A stretch of 64,000 nt of DNA from Candidatus Omnitrophota bacterium (lineage in GTDB: Bacteria > Omnitrophota > Gorgyraeia > Zapsychrales > JANLHA01): positions 70,361-134,360 of the forward strand of contig JAKLFA010000004.1 in NCBI GenBank assembly GCA_022711395.1, in the 5' to 3' direction. The position numbers and the translations under genes were made by a program. Below are positions 1-9,552 of this stretch, piece after piece (the first letter of the stretch is position 1; each line of letters opens with the position of its first letter). The notes below the pieces were generated by a model, which saw only the letters and a program-made list of their open reading frames with translations, had not been told where the DNA came from and did not search any database.

Positions 1-458
1 TCGAATATACCAACGCAGCTCCGTAGAACATCAGGATCAGGGAGGAATACAACGGATGCCGGACCCAGCCGTAAACATCGCCGGTCACCAGCTCATGGTC
101 TTCATAGATTTTAATGTGATTTGACCAATTCTTTCGAAGGATCAAACGCCCGCGGATATTGATCAAGCATCCCGCAACGACCATCAACACGCCGATCCAG
201 ATCATAGCGAGACGCGCAACAACGCTTTCGATCAGGATAACGCCGACCTGGAAGCGGACCATCAAATAAAAGCCGACAAAGAACAATGTCATGGTCCCGG
301 TCGCCACAATGCTCTTCCTGGCGTATTTCGTATCGGCGCGTTTGTCGCATTCAAAAAAATTCATAAAGATCGCGGCAAACAAGGCGACCACACACAGGCC
401 GATCGTATTACTTGCAATAGCTCTTGCCCAAACAACGCCCTCCCCCATACTAGCCGCC
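1..458 (-). CDS. Isoprenylcysteine carboxyl methyltransferase (ICMT)/phospholipid methyltransferase family protein. The gene is partial: its 3' end runs off the window start.
   Basis: I translated the minus strand myself in a frame the ORF track does not list (there is no stop inside the window). It reads MGEGVVWARAIASNTIGLCVVALFAAIFMNFFECDKRADTKYARKSIVATGTMTLFFVGFYLMVRFQ...NWSNHIKIYEDHELVTGDVYGWVRHPLYSSLILMFYGAALVYS. The HELVTxGxYxxVRHPxY block is the ICMT/PEMT family signature. ATG lies at 456-458, 3 bp after the stop of the upstream radical SAM gene. Confidence 0.6.
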
Positions 459-1877
459 CTTCCCTGTTCGATAAAACATATTATACGATGAAAATGGGAC
501 TCGCTTTAGGTCCGGCGTGATCATATGCACGCACTCTTTTTTCAAAGCGTTCAGATCACAGTTATAGAGGTCCACAAAAGACGTAACGCTCATCCGGAAC
601 GTGTTCTCATCCACGTACCGGATCCGCTCTTCGCGACTTTTGGACATAAGGTCGGGAGGAACGATCGGCATGAAATCCTTCAAAAATGCCATGCACTGAC
701 AAAGCTGCCCGTTTGAAAAAGCCGCCTCAGCTTCAGCCAGAATATCCTCCAGATTAAAGGCGAATGTGTTTTTGATCATCGGCAAGTAATCTCTGACCCT
801 GGCATTGCGCGTCACGGGAACAAATTTTCCGTCCTGTTTATAAAAATAAATCACCGCTACCCGCTCGACATTGCACGGAAGCGGAATAAAATCGCTCATG
901 CGGGTCTCACCCCGAGTTTGTTTTTCAATGCGCTTTAAAATCCCCGTCAAACTCATGGCATTCCCGCTCAAATTCCGATCATACAGTCCAAAACGCGCAA
1001 CAGGCTGAAAATTGATCCCGCGCACATAAGGCGCCTGCATCCCGAATTCAATGATCCGGCCCAGATCTTCATCGTTAATTCCTTTCTGGATCGTTGGAAC
1101 CAATGTGATGGGGATCTGATATTTCGCAAGCTGTTCGACTGCCTTGAGCTTGATGCTTTTGAATTCAGGGCTTCGCAATGATGAATAGATCGCATCCGAA
1201 AAACCATCAAACTGCAGATAGACCTCAAACCTTCCTCTAAACTGCGACAACCCTTTCACAAATTCCTCATCCTCAGCGATCCTCCGGCCATTGGTATTAA
1301 GCATCACATATTTTGCTTTTTGCCGGGCCATCTGGATGATTTTCAGAATATCCGGATGAAGTGTGGGCTCGCCTCCGCTGATCTGAACAACTTCCACTTG
1401 CCCGCCTTCGGCCTCCTGATAAAAATCCAGCATGCGGCCAATGGTCTGGATGTCCAAGTCCCCCTTTTCGCGGTCTGCATGCGCGTAACACATCGGGCAA
1501 TGGGTATTGCACCGCTGCGTGACCTCGATCACGCCGATACAGGTGTGCTGCCTATGCGAGGGGCATAGCCCGCAATCGAACGGACACCCCTTGGCCTGAA
1601 CGGTTTGACGGTTTGAATCAGTCCCGGGCTTATCAAATGAGTATCGCTCACGGTAATAACCCGCGTCCTCTTCCAGAAAATCATAGAATTCTCCATGCTC
1701 AGAGCAGGCTCTCTTCAAAAAAACCTGTCCATTGTCTTCAAAAACTTCCGCCTCGATTTGAGTTTTACACACAGGACAGACCGAATGAGTTTGATTTAAA
1801 ATATTAAGCTTCCTGTAAAGAAACCTGCTCGGGGATAACATCATGGATTGCTTCATCGCAAGGGCACCCTGTCTCAA
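450..1877 (-). CDS. Radical SAM protein with an N-terminal zinc ribbon and an extra Cys cluster; specific function unknown (possibly lipid-modifying).
   Basis: The canonical CxxxCxxC radical SAM motif is CNTHCPMCY. An upstream CPFDCGLCPSHRQHTC cluster and an N-terminal CPVCKTQ...ACSEHGEF Cys4/His-like ribbon are also present. The protein is 475 aa. Confidence 0.75.
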   Translation of the reverse strand: MRQGALAMKQSMMLSPSRFLYRKLNILNQTHSVCPVCKTQIEAEVFEDNGQVFLKRACSEHGEFYDFLEEDAGYYRERYSFDKPGTDSNRQTVQAKGCPFDCGLCPSHRQHTCIGVIEVTQRCNTHCPMCYAHADREKGDLDIQTIGRMLDFYQEAEGGQVEVVQISGGEPTLHPDILKIIQMARQKAKYVMLNTNGRRIAEDEEFVKGLSQFRGRFEVYLQFDGFSDAIYSSLRSPEFKSIKLKAVEQLAKYQIPITLVPTIQKGINDEDLGRIIEFGMQAPYVRGINFQPVARFGLYDRNLSGNAMSLTGILKRIEKQTRGETRMSDFIPLPCNVERVAVIYFYKQDGKFVPVTRNARVRDYLPMIKNTFAFNLEDILAEAEAAFSNGQLCQCMAFLKDFMPIVPPDLMSKSREERIRYVDENTFRMSVTSFVDLYNCDLNALKKECVHMITPDLKRVPFSSYNMFYRTGKGG

Positions 1878-1878
1878 G

Positions 1879-2253
1879 TTAGAAGTTGATCATAAACATG
1901 CAGAATCCAAACAACAAAAACGGCGCTACAATACCAGTGATCAGACCAGCGAGAATATAGTTCTTTTTTATGCGCTTTAAATACACACCGACAAGAATGA
2001 TCCACACAACAAAACAAAGGCTCATGGCCGCGAACCAGAATCCAGATGAAGTAAAAAAATTGGAAGACACCAAAGACACAAAGCCCCCGAACCACAGAAC
2101 GTTGCAGATAAAAAGCAAAATCCCTGTAAAAAAATCAACGGCCTTCTGGCGCCTTGTTTTTTCTGTTGAAGGAGGCTCAGGTAAACGCAGACGGTCCACG
2201 ACCGCCATGCTTGTCACAAACAGGACCACAAAAAAAACTAAAAATGGAAACAT
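1879..2253 (-). CDS. Small integral membrane protein (3-4 predicted TM helices), unknown function.
   Basis: 124 aa with very hydrophobic segments (LVFFVVLFVTSMAVV, LLFICNVLWFGGFVSLV). It overlaps the weaker ORF 1874..2095. Confidence 0.35.
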   Translation of the reverse strand: MFPFLVFFVVLFVTSMAVVDRLRLPEPPSTEKTRRQKAVDFFTGILLFICNVLWFGGFVSLVSSNFFTSSGFWFAAMSLCFVVWIILVGVYLKRIKKNYILAGLITGIVAPFLLFGFCMFMINF

Positions 2254-2282
2254 ACGCCCTCCCTTGTTTCATTCATAAGCGT

Positions 2283-4577
2283 TCATTGAATGCGCCCTGA
2301 TTCATTTTTTCCGATAGACAAACGGTTATATAAGAACGAGACACCCAAAAACACGCATCCTAAAACAATAAATGTCACGATCTTAAAAATAATATTGAGC
2401 TGCGCCATATCAACGACGATCAGCCTCAAGATCACCAACCCAAAAAAACAGATCCCCGCAATGCGGCAATACGCGTCTTTTAAAAGAATGCCAAGCACTG
2501 CAAGCACCATTCCGCAAATACCCCATCCCAAGGTGGCCCACTGATCCGGGATCGCCTGGTATGTTTTAAGCCCAATAAGGACCGCGCCCAAAGAAAACAA
2601 CAGGATCTTTTCAAAGTCGGCATCATCCCGGTCAGCATCGGACCATTTCAATATGGAATACAGTGCGAAAACCACCAGAATAAAACCCACAGTCAAAACA
2701 CCCTCCTTGACACGAACAGGCGAAAAAAGCTCATGACGAAAAAGAAGGTCCATCGCCGGAACACTCATGGCCAAATAACCGTGAAAGCGAAACCGTTTGA
2801 GCTTAAAAACAAAAGACAAAAACCACCAGCCAGCTGAAAACAGGACAAAGGCCAATGAAATATCCAGCCCCTGAAGCGCCGTCGCCAGCACAAGTCCGAA
2901 TAAAACAGCCGATGCCAGCGAAAACCCATGACCCATCATGTCCACCACGCCATAAGGATCCTCCTCCGGCCGCCTCAAAAGATGATAAACACAAAAGCAC
3001 AAAAACATCGAAACCGCAGAAACCAGGCACAGCGTTGTCATCGCGGACCACGAACCCGCGGCCGATGTCCAGTCCGACCAATCTTCGATCATCCGCAGAA
3101 ACAACCATAGCAGAGAAACCGCGGCAACGGCATCCCCGAGCAAACGATAAACCTTTTCCTGGCTGAGTTTGCCGAAAAACAGCAAAAGCGGCGCTTCGAC
3201 AAACCAGACCAAAAGCGTCTCTTGAGAAGAGAAGCGCAGCGGGATCGCCAGCGTGATCGCTGAAATTCCGATGACCAAGTCGCTCAATGCCATTCTCGAG
3301 GATTTCAAAGTGCGCATCACAAATGAAATAAAAACATAAACGATCCCCAGGCAAGCGATCCCTTCAAACCTGTGGACTTCAAAAATATCCATAAAAACCG
3401 GAAACCCCATCATCAAATACAAAGCCGCTGAAGCGCCATTGATCCCGAGAGCAATTCTTTCGGTTTGCGGGTCCTTCGACCGCAGAGCAACCATGTGCGA
3501 CCCGAGCATAAACACGATCCAATAACCTGTCAAAAACAAAAGGCTCAGCACATCCCCTTCCCTTCCCAATGGAAGGTGCGGATCGACCCAGGCATAATGA
3601 ACGCCGAATGTCAATATTCCACCCAGGATCAACAGCCTGTACCAATTAAACCAATACACAAAGATCAAAAGAACTCCAGCAAGAACAATGGTGCTCAAAA
3701 ACGTAAACTGATTGACATGGATGATCGTCGTGGTCAAATACGCAAAAAAGATGGCCCCGGCCATCACAGATTCTTCTTTATAAAAAAATGCGTGGCGAAC
3801 CATAAAACCGGCGATCAGGCACAAAAGTCCGATCTCAATCGTGCTGTTATGGATAAGTTTGACCGCCGGAAAATGATAAATGGCAAACGTTATGAAATAC
3901 ACCAATGCCCATCCGCCGATTAAAAGGACCCTGCCATGCTGTTTCCAGGACTCGTTCTTTTCCAGCCGTGCTCCGAAGAAAAACATCAATCCGCTCAGGC
4001 CGTAACCGAACAGGACTTTGGCAACCGCCCCCATGTACTGAAAAGAATATGTGATCAAAAAACCGATCCCCAAAAGGAGAATGCCCATCCCGATCTTGTT
4101 CAGCCAAAACCTTATAAAATCCACATCGCCTTCTGACGACGCAGGCGCATGAACAGCCACCGCCGGTTGAATAATCCTTACGCTCCTCTGTCGCGGCGCT
4201 TGTTCAAGCCTGGGCGTTATCTTTGGTAAAGACTCTAAAAATGAATCTGTTGAAACCGGCGCGGGCTTCTGGCTGCTTGCTTCGGCGCTGTTAATCGCCG
4301 CTTCCAGTCTTTGAATGCGCCCTTCCAAAACGGTTGATGAATATCGGATCGACTGCAGTTCTCTTTTGATATCATCTATCGAGCGTATCCCAGCGCCGGC
4401 GTTGGTCGGTTCAATAAGATTTCCATGCTTGTCTTCCGCGACCCAAACTGCCAGAAGCGAGAACGGGCCGACGATCACTCCCAGCAGAAAATACCTCCAT
4501 CCCTGCAGGCCCTTGGAATCCGCCCATAAAAATGAAATCAATGCCGGCAACAGCCACCATAAAAAATATGTCATCAC
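2283..4577 (-). CDS. Large polytopic membrane protein with an N-terminal coiled-coil region (DUF2339-like architecture).
   Basis: 764 aa. An N-terminal TM segment is followed by a coiled coil (IDDIKRELQSIRYSSTVLEGRIQRLEAAINSAE) and then about 18-20 hydrophobic helices. The DUF2339 assignment is from memory of that family's architecture. Confidence 0.5.
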   Translation of the reverse strand: MMTYFLWWLLPALISFLWADSKGLQGWRYFLLGVIVGPFSLLAVWVAEDKHGNLIEPTNAGAGIRSIDDIKRELQSIRYSSTVLEGRIQRLEAAINSAEASSQKPAPVSTDSFLESLPKITPRLEQAPRQRSVRIIQPAVAVHAPASSEGDVDFIRFWLNKIGMGILLLGIGFLITYSFQYMGAVAKVLFGYGLSGLMFFFGARLEKNESWKQHGRVLLIGGWALVYFITFAIYHFPAVKLIHNSTIEIGLLCLIAGFMVRHAFFYKEESVMAGAIFFAYLTTTIIHVNQFTFLSTIVLAGVLLIFVYWFNWYRLLILGGILTFGVHYAWVDPHLPLGREGDVLSLLFLTGYWIVFMLGSHMVALRSKDPQTERIALGINGASAALYLMMGFPVFMDIFEVHRFEGIACLGIVYVFISFVMRTLKSSRMALSDLVIGISAITLAIPLRFSSQETLLVWFVEAPLLLFFGKLSQEKVYRLLGDAVAAVSLLWLFLRMIEDWSDWTSAAGSWSAMTTLCLVSAVSMFLCFCVYHLLRRPEEDPYGVVDMMGHGFSLASAVLFGLVLATALQGLDISLAFVLFSAGWWFLSFVFKLKRFRFHGYLAMSVPAMDLLFRHELFSPVRVKEGVLTVGFILVVFALYSILKWSDADRDDADFEKILLFSLGAVLIGLKTYQAIPDQWATLGWGICGMVLAVLGILLKDAYCRIAGICFFGLVILRLIVVDMAQLNIIFKIVTFIVLGCVFLGVSFLYNRLSIGKNESGRIQ

Positions 4578-5323
4578 TCAACCTCCTGTTGATGTGTTTC
4601 TTTACGTTCTCTCATCTTTTCCCGCATGGATTCAGCAGGAATACCGAACCACACATCACGCGGTTCAACTTTAGTATCCTTCAATAAAACCGCACTGGCC
4701 CCGATCATCGCTTTATCTCCGATCTCGCAACCCGGCATGATCGTGCAGTGTGAACCTAAAGTCACATTCTTGCCAATTTTAACTTTCTTTAATTTCAACC
4801 GGCCATGTTCGACCATATGGCAGTCAATGATCGCTCCCCCGCCAACCACGGTATTATCCCCAATCTCCAGCAGGCTGGCATCAAAGACATATTTGGAATT
4901 AAATTGCACATTCTTTCCCAACTTGGCCCCCAAAAGACGGAATAGCAAATTTGAAAACGGCGTGACCAGAATAAAATCAATGAACGTGTATTGGATCATG
5001 TTATACAGCGAACTCAAAAAAGCCCACTTGATCGACTCCCAGGAAAACAGCGCATACGTCCCTTCCTTAAGCCGCAACCGAAATATCAGACGGAACAACC
5101 CGACAAGCAAGACAAGCGTCAAACCAAACAAAAAATATCCTAGTGCCAGCGTTGTTCCCAACAAAAATAATCTTAGAAAAAACTGGGTTGTGGTGGTCAC
5201 CTGCCAAACACTGAACAGAAGCGAAAGCCCCGGCACCATGGCCGCGCCAAAAAAGACCGCGCCCATCGCATACATGAACAATGCAAATAAAATCTGCGCT
5301 ATCGTGATCCATAACCACTTCAT
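4574..5323 (-). CDS. Membrane-anchored hexapeptide-repeat (left-handed beta-helix) acyl/acetyltransferase.
   Basis: The N-terminal ~140 aa contain 4 TM helices. The C-terminal part carries hexapeptide repeats (GDNTVVGGGAIIDCHMV...IGKNVTLGSHCTIMPGCEIGDKAMIGASAVL). There is a 4-nt overlap (ATGA) with the upstream hydrolase gene. Confidence 0.6.
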   Translation of the reverse strand: MKWLWITIAQILFALFMYAMGAVFFGAAMVPGLSLLFSVWQVTTTTQFFLRLFLLGTTLALGYFLFGLTLVLLVGLFRLIFRLRLKEGTYALFSWESIKWAFLSSLYNMIQYTFIDFILVTPFSNLLFRLLGAKLGKNVQFNSKYVFDASLLEIGDNTVVGGGAIIDCHMVEHGRLKLKKVKIGKNVTLGSHCTIMPGCEIGDKAMIGASAVLLKDTKVEPRDVWFGIPAESMREKMRERKETHQQEVE

Positions 5324-6075
5324 GCCCCGCCCTCCTGCTCAAATGTTTGCTCAAGCCAGACCTTGATCTCTCCCACAAATTGCTGTTTATGCTTGCGCAT
5401 CAAGTATTCCGCATGCGGCCCGCCTTCAAGGATCCGTAAATGCTTTCGTGTGGGTGTCTTTTCATACAAGGCTTCGGCATGCCACGGCTTGATCGTCCAA
5501 TCACGATCTCCATGGATATAGCAAATCGGGATGCGCACGTTTTTCACAATATCGATCGGCTGCAGTTTTGGATACCAGAAAGGGCCGGGCCGGACACCTT
5601 TCCCCTTGCCACCAGGGCCAAAGTTAAAAAGAATATCATTATCAACATCCAGCTCCCACCAGCGAAAATCGATCCTTTTGAATTCTGACGGTCCGCTCAC
5701 AAAGATCAAATTATCAATCAAGCCTGTCGTTCCAGCCACGATCATGCCGATCCCAGCCCCGAACGAAAAACCGATCACCGCAATTTTTTGATAACCCGGC
5801 CGCAGACACCCCAGAACCGCTTCCAGATCCATGGGCTCTTTCGACGCCCAATGAAAAAGCCCTCCGCTTTTTCCGTGTCCACGAAAATCCATAATGGCAA
5901 CATCATAACGATCCAAAAGGTCCCTCCCCAAATCTTGAAGCAAGATCGACTCCTTACTATTATAAAACCCATGCGCGATCACAACGATACGTTCATGGTT
6001 AGCTTTATAGTGGTCAAATTCGATCCTGAGTCCGTCTTCCGCTTGCACCGTCTTGGTGTCCTTCACCCAATTCAT
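5320..6075 (-). CDS. Alpha/beta-fold hydrolase (possible lysophospholipase/esterase).
   Basis: The GxSxG nucleophile elbow is GFSFGAG, and the HGF..N motif (VIAHGFYNS) follows. It overlaps the LplT-Aas gene by 4 nt, so the two are probably co-transcribed. Confidence 0.65.
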   Translation of the reverse strand: MNWVKDTKTVQAEDGLRIEFDHYKANHERIVVIAHGFYNSKESILLQDLGRDLLDRYDVAIMDFRGHGKSGGLFHWASKEPMDLEAVLGCLRPGYQKIAVIGFSFGAGIGMIVAGTTGLIDNLIFVSGPSEFKRIDFRWWELDVDNDILFNFGPGGKGKGVRPGPFWYPKLQPIDIVKNVRIPICYIHGDRDWTIKPWHAEALYEKTPTRKHLRILEGGPHAEYLMRKHKQQFVGEIKVWLEQTFEQEGGA

Positions 6076-6077
6076 GA

Positions 6078-9000
6078 TCAGCTTCTTTCCTGTGACTGGC
6101 CGGCAAGTTCCTGTGCCAGCTGTTTAACACGCTTCAGATCCGTTTTACCGGAACCCAACAGCGGAATTGCTTCAATTTTAAAAAAACTTTCCTTCTTGGG
6201 AATCCAGAGATTCGGCAATCCCCGCTCGGCGAGTTTTGCTATTAACCCCTCCACATCCCTGTCACCCACATATAAAACAACCAAGCGCTCGCCCTTTTTT
6301 TCATCAGGAACCGACGTCACCGAACAAACCGGATCCGAAGTCCCAAGCGCAGATAAGATCTCTTCTTCGATCTTCACATGAGGAACCATTTCTCCGCCGA
6401 TCTTACTGAATCGGCTCAGGCGGTCGGTGATCTTGATAAACCCATCCTTGTCGATCGAGGCGATATCGCCAGTCACATACCAGCCGTCCTTAAGGACCTC
6501 CGCGGTCTTTTCAGGATTCTTCAAATAGCCCTTCATCACATTGGCCCCCTTGATCAAAAGCAAACCTTCCTCATCATAACCGAGCAACTGCCCGGAATCC
6601 GCATGAATCACCTTGGCCGCGACCCCGGGGATCGGATGCCCGACTTTGCCGAACTCGTGCCCCTTCTGACGAATGTGTCCTTCTTCGCTGATATAATCCG
6701 GCACCCCCATGGAAACGATCGGCGACAACTCCGTCGCCCCATACCCTTCAAACAGCGTGATCCCGAATTTCTCAATGAATTCGCGGGCCATTGTTTCTTT
6801 CACCTTTTCGGCGCCGGCAGCGGCGTATCGAAGGCTTTTGAACTGTTCCGGCGTGCATTTACGCATATACGCCGAAAAAAACGTCGGCGTCCCGATCAGG
6901 ATCGTTGCCTTATAACGTTCAACCAGTTTTCCGACGGTAGCCGCGTCCAATGGATTATGATGATAGACCACTGAAAGCCCCACCCCCACAGGAAAACACA
7001 AACACGCCGTGAAACCGAACGAATGAAAAAACGGCAGGACCCCCATCACCACATCATCGCGCCGGATCTGACCGACCTGATAAAATCCTTCGATATTCGA
7101 AAAAATATTGGAATGCGTCAACATCACGCCCTTGGGCTCACCGGTACTTCCGCTGGAAAAGATCACAGTCGCCAGCTCATGAACGCCTGTTTGATGGCCT
7201 TGAACATACAATTTCTCAAGAACCCATCCCGGCAACAGCAACGCTTTTAAAAAACATCTCACCTTTTCGCCCTTCTCGATCTTTCCGTCTAAATCCTCTA
7301 AAAAGATCATGCGTTCATCATACGGCATATTCAGCTTTTCCAAAAACTTTCGCGATGTGACGATCCGTTTCATCTCACATTGACGGATCGCTGACTGCAA
7401 ACTTTCCTGCGACGCCGTAAAATTCAGATTCACCGGAATTTTATCAGCCATAAAGCAGGCGCCATTCACCAAAGAGGCCATGCAGCTTGAAGGCAACAAC
7501 ACCCCGACCATTTCTCTTTCAGATGTTTTCTTTTCAGAAAACAATTTTTGCGACAACAAAAGCGCCATGGCCAGCGCCTGGGCATAGTTGAGTTTTAGCC
7601 CGGTCGAATCCGCCATGCAGAATTTGAACGGCCGTTTTTTCGCTTCATGGAGAAAAGCCAAATGCAGAGGCCTCTGTTCATTCCCTCGGTGTTGAAAGGC
7701 CTCAGCCGAAAGTTCCTGAACAGCAAGGCGCACCTCATGCGAAGCGGATGTGGCTGACATGGGCTTTCCGAAACTCACCGTGACCGGATGAAGAAAATCC
7801 TTCGGCCATTTCCAGAAATATGTTCCTTCATCAAACGTGAAAATGCTCCCCCAGATGGAATCGATATTCACAGGAATGATCGGTGCTTCAACCCCCTTCA
7901 TAATAAATTCAAACCCCCGGCTAAACGGAAGCATATTTCCCGTGCGCGTCAACCCGCCTTCCGCAAAAATGCAGACCACATGACCCTCCTCAACCGCCCG
8001 TCGGGCCTCCTGCAGGGATGCGGCAATTTTTTTAGGAGAGTCTTCCATAGCCACCGGAATCGCCTGCATCACGCGGCACAACGGCCCGTAGATAGGATGC
8101 TCATAAAAACGGCGATGCATCAAAAACCGTACATGGCGTTTCGTCGCTGCCATGATGAGCGCCCAATCCACGAAAGAGACATGATTGCAGACCAAAAGCG
8201 CCCCTCCGGTCTCCGGAATATTCTCGGCGCCAACAGTCCTGATCTTATAAAGGGTATGAGAAAACACCCAATTGAAAAACCTTAAAAAAGCATCCGGCAG
8301 AGTTCTCAAAATATAGATCGTACCAAACAATGAAACGACGCCCATAATAAAAAAGATCTGCCGCGCATTAAATTCCATCGCATCCCCCAGGAGCCACATC
8401 ACGCCAGCTCCCATTAGGACAGCAAATGCGTTCGAAGCATTCAAAACAGCAAGATATTTACCACGCTCTTCCTGCGGGCTGTTTTTCTGAAAGAATGAGT
8501 TTAAAGGGACCGTGTAAAAACCGGCGGAAATCCCCAGCACAAAAATCCTAAACAACGCATCCGAAAACCCAAGGGCCGGAGCCCCTAAAAAAAGCGAAAA
8601 TACAGTTAATCCGATCGCCCCTACCGGAACAAGGCCGAACTCAATTTTCCCCTCGGACAATTTCCCCGCTAGAAGGCTGCCGATACCGATACCGAAAGAA
8701 ACCGCCACCAAAAGCAGGCTTGTTTGGATATCCGTTAAGGCAAGAATATTTTTCCCATAAAGAAGGACATTGGTCTGAAAGACCGCGCCCAGAAACCAAA
8801 AATAATTAACAGCAAGCAATGTTAAGAACATCACCTTCTGTGCCTTGACCCGTTTAAAGTATTCCCAAAAATCCGCGGCGAAATTCGCCTGAAAACGTCT
8901 TCGCGACGGAACAACCTCTGTTTTTTGGATGAACAAGCTGGACATCGTGCCCAGCATCGAGATCATCACGAAGGCCCAGGCGATCCGCTTGATATCGCCA

Positions 9001-9503
9001 TCGACCCATTGCATCAGGACCCCCCCAAAAGCCGTACCCAGGATGATCGCTAAAAATGTCCACATGCCCACATAACCGTTGCCCTGGGAGAGTTCTTTCT
9101 CCTCCAGCATTTCCGGAAGGATCCCGTATTTAGCCGGACCGAAAAATGCGCTCTGCACGGTCATCAAAAAAAGGACTGCGATCATCCAAAACAGCTTCCC
9201 CGACATAAATGCCCAAAGGCCCAACAGCATCACAACGATCTCAAACGCCTTCAATACAACAATAATATTCCGTTTTGAAAAACGGTCAGCGATCTGCCCG
9301 GCATAAGGCGAACACACCAAAAAAGGGATAATAAATAATGCTGAGATCAAGCTCATATAACGGGCATGCATCTGCGGATCTACAAAGATACGGAGCGCAA
9401 ATAATGAAATGACGATCTTAAAAGCATTATCATTAAACGCTCCGAGGAACTGCGTTGCCAGGTAGGACTTAAAAGAACGGCTTTTGCAGCCATGAGACGT
9501 CAT
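6078..9503 (-). CDS. aas: Triple-domain fusion of an MFS lysophospholipid transporter (LplT-like), a PlsC-type acyltransferase and an AMP-binding acyl-ACP synthetase (Aas-like).
   Basis: The N-terminal ~400 aa form a 12-TM MFS region. The middle holds a PlsC HxxxxD acyltransferase motif (CNHVSFVDWALI) and an FAEGGLTRTG block. The C-terminal ~520 aa form an adenylate-forming domain (SSGSTGEPKGVMLTHSNI, GYGATELSP, GWYVTGDIASIDKDGFIKITDR). E. coli Aas has only the last two domains, with LplT as a separate gene. Confidence 0.8.
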   Translation of the reverse strand: MTSHGCKSRSFKSYLATQFLGAFNDNAFKIVISLFALRIFVDPQMHARYMSLISALFIIPFLVCSPYAGQIADRFSKRNIIVVLKAFEIVVMLLGLWAFMSGKLFWMIAVLFLMTVQSAFFGPAKYGILPEMLEEKELSQGNGYVGMWTFLAIILGTAFGGVLMQWVDGDIKRIAWAFVMISMLGTMSSLFIQKTEVVPSRRRFQANFAADFWEYFKRVKAQKVMFLTLLAVNYFWFLGAVFQTNVLLYGKNILALTDIQTSLLLVAVSFGIGIGSLLAGKLSEGKIEFGLVPVGAIGLTVFSLFLGAPALGFSDALFRIFVLGISAGFYTVPLNSFFQKNSPQEERGKYLAVLNASNAFAVLMGAGVMWLLGDAMEFNARQIFFIMGVVSLFGTIYILRTLPDAFLRFFNWVFSHTLYKIRTVGAENIPETGGALLVCNHVSFVDWALIMAATKRHVRFLMHRRFYEHPIYGPLCRVMQAIPVAMEDSPKKIAASLQEARRAVEEGHVVCIFAEGGLTRTGNMLPFSRGFEFIMKGVEAPIIPVNIDSIWGSIFTFDEGTYFWKWPKDFLHPVTVSFGKPMSATSASHEVRLAVQELSAEAFQHRGNEQRPLHLAFLHEAKKRPFKFCMADSTGLKLNYAQALAMALLLSQKLFSEKKTSEREMVGVLLPSSCMASLVNGACFMADKIPVNLNFTASQESLQSAIRQCEMKRIVTSRKFLEKLNMPYDERMIFLEDLDGKIEKGEKVRCFLKALLLPGWVLEKLYVQGHQTGVHELATVIFSSGSTGEPKGVMLTHSNIFSNIEGFYQVGQIRRDDVVMGVLPFFHSFGFTACLCFPVGVGLSVVYHHNPLDAATVGKLVERYKATILIGTPTFFSAYMRKCTPEQFKSLRYAAAGAEKVKETMAREFIEKFGITLFEGYGATELSPIVSMGVPDYISEEGHIRQKGHEFGKVGHPIPGVAAKVIHADSGQLLGYDEEGLLLIKGANVMKGYLKNPEKTAEVLKDGWYVTGDIASIDKDGFIKITDRLSRFSKIGGEMVPHVKIEEEILSALGTSDPVCSVTSVPDEKKGERLVVLYVGDRDVEGLIAKLAERGLPNLWIPKKESFFKIEAIPLLGSGKTDLKRVKQLAQELAGQSQERS

Positions 9504-9552
9504 ATTCTCTCCTGAAGTATAAGTAGTTATATTATAAAGTTGCCCTTCGACT

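Noticed and set aside
111-491. Track ORFs 111..350(-) and 291..491(+) at the window start.
   Set aside because: Their translations have no protein-like composition. The same DNA in another minus-strand frame gives an uninterrupted ICMT/PEMT-family protein with the HELVTGDVYGWVRHPLY signature. That frame was absent from the track because it has no in-window stop.
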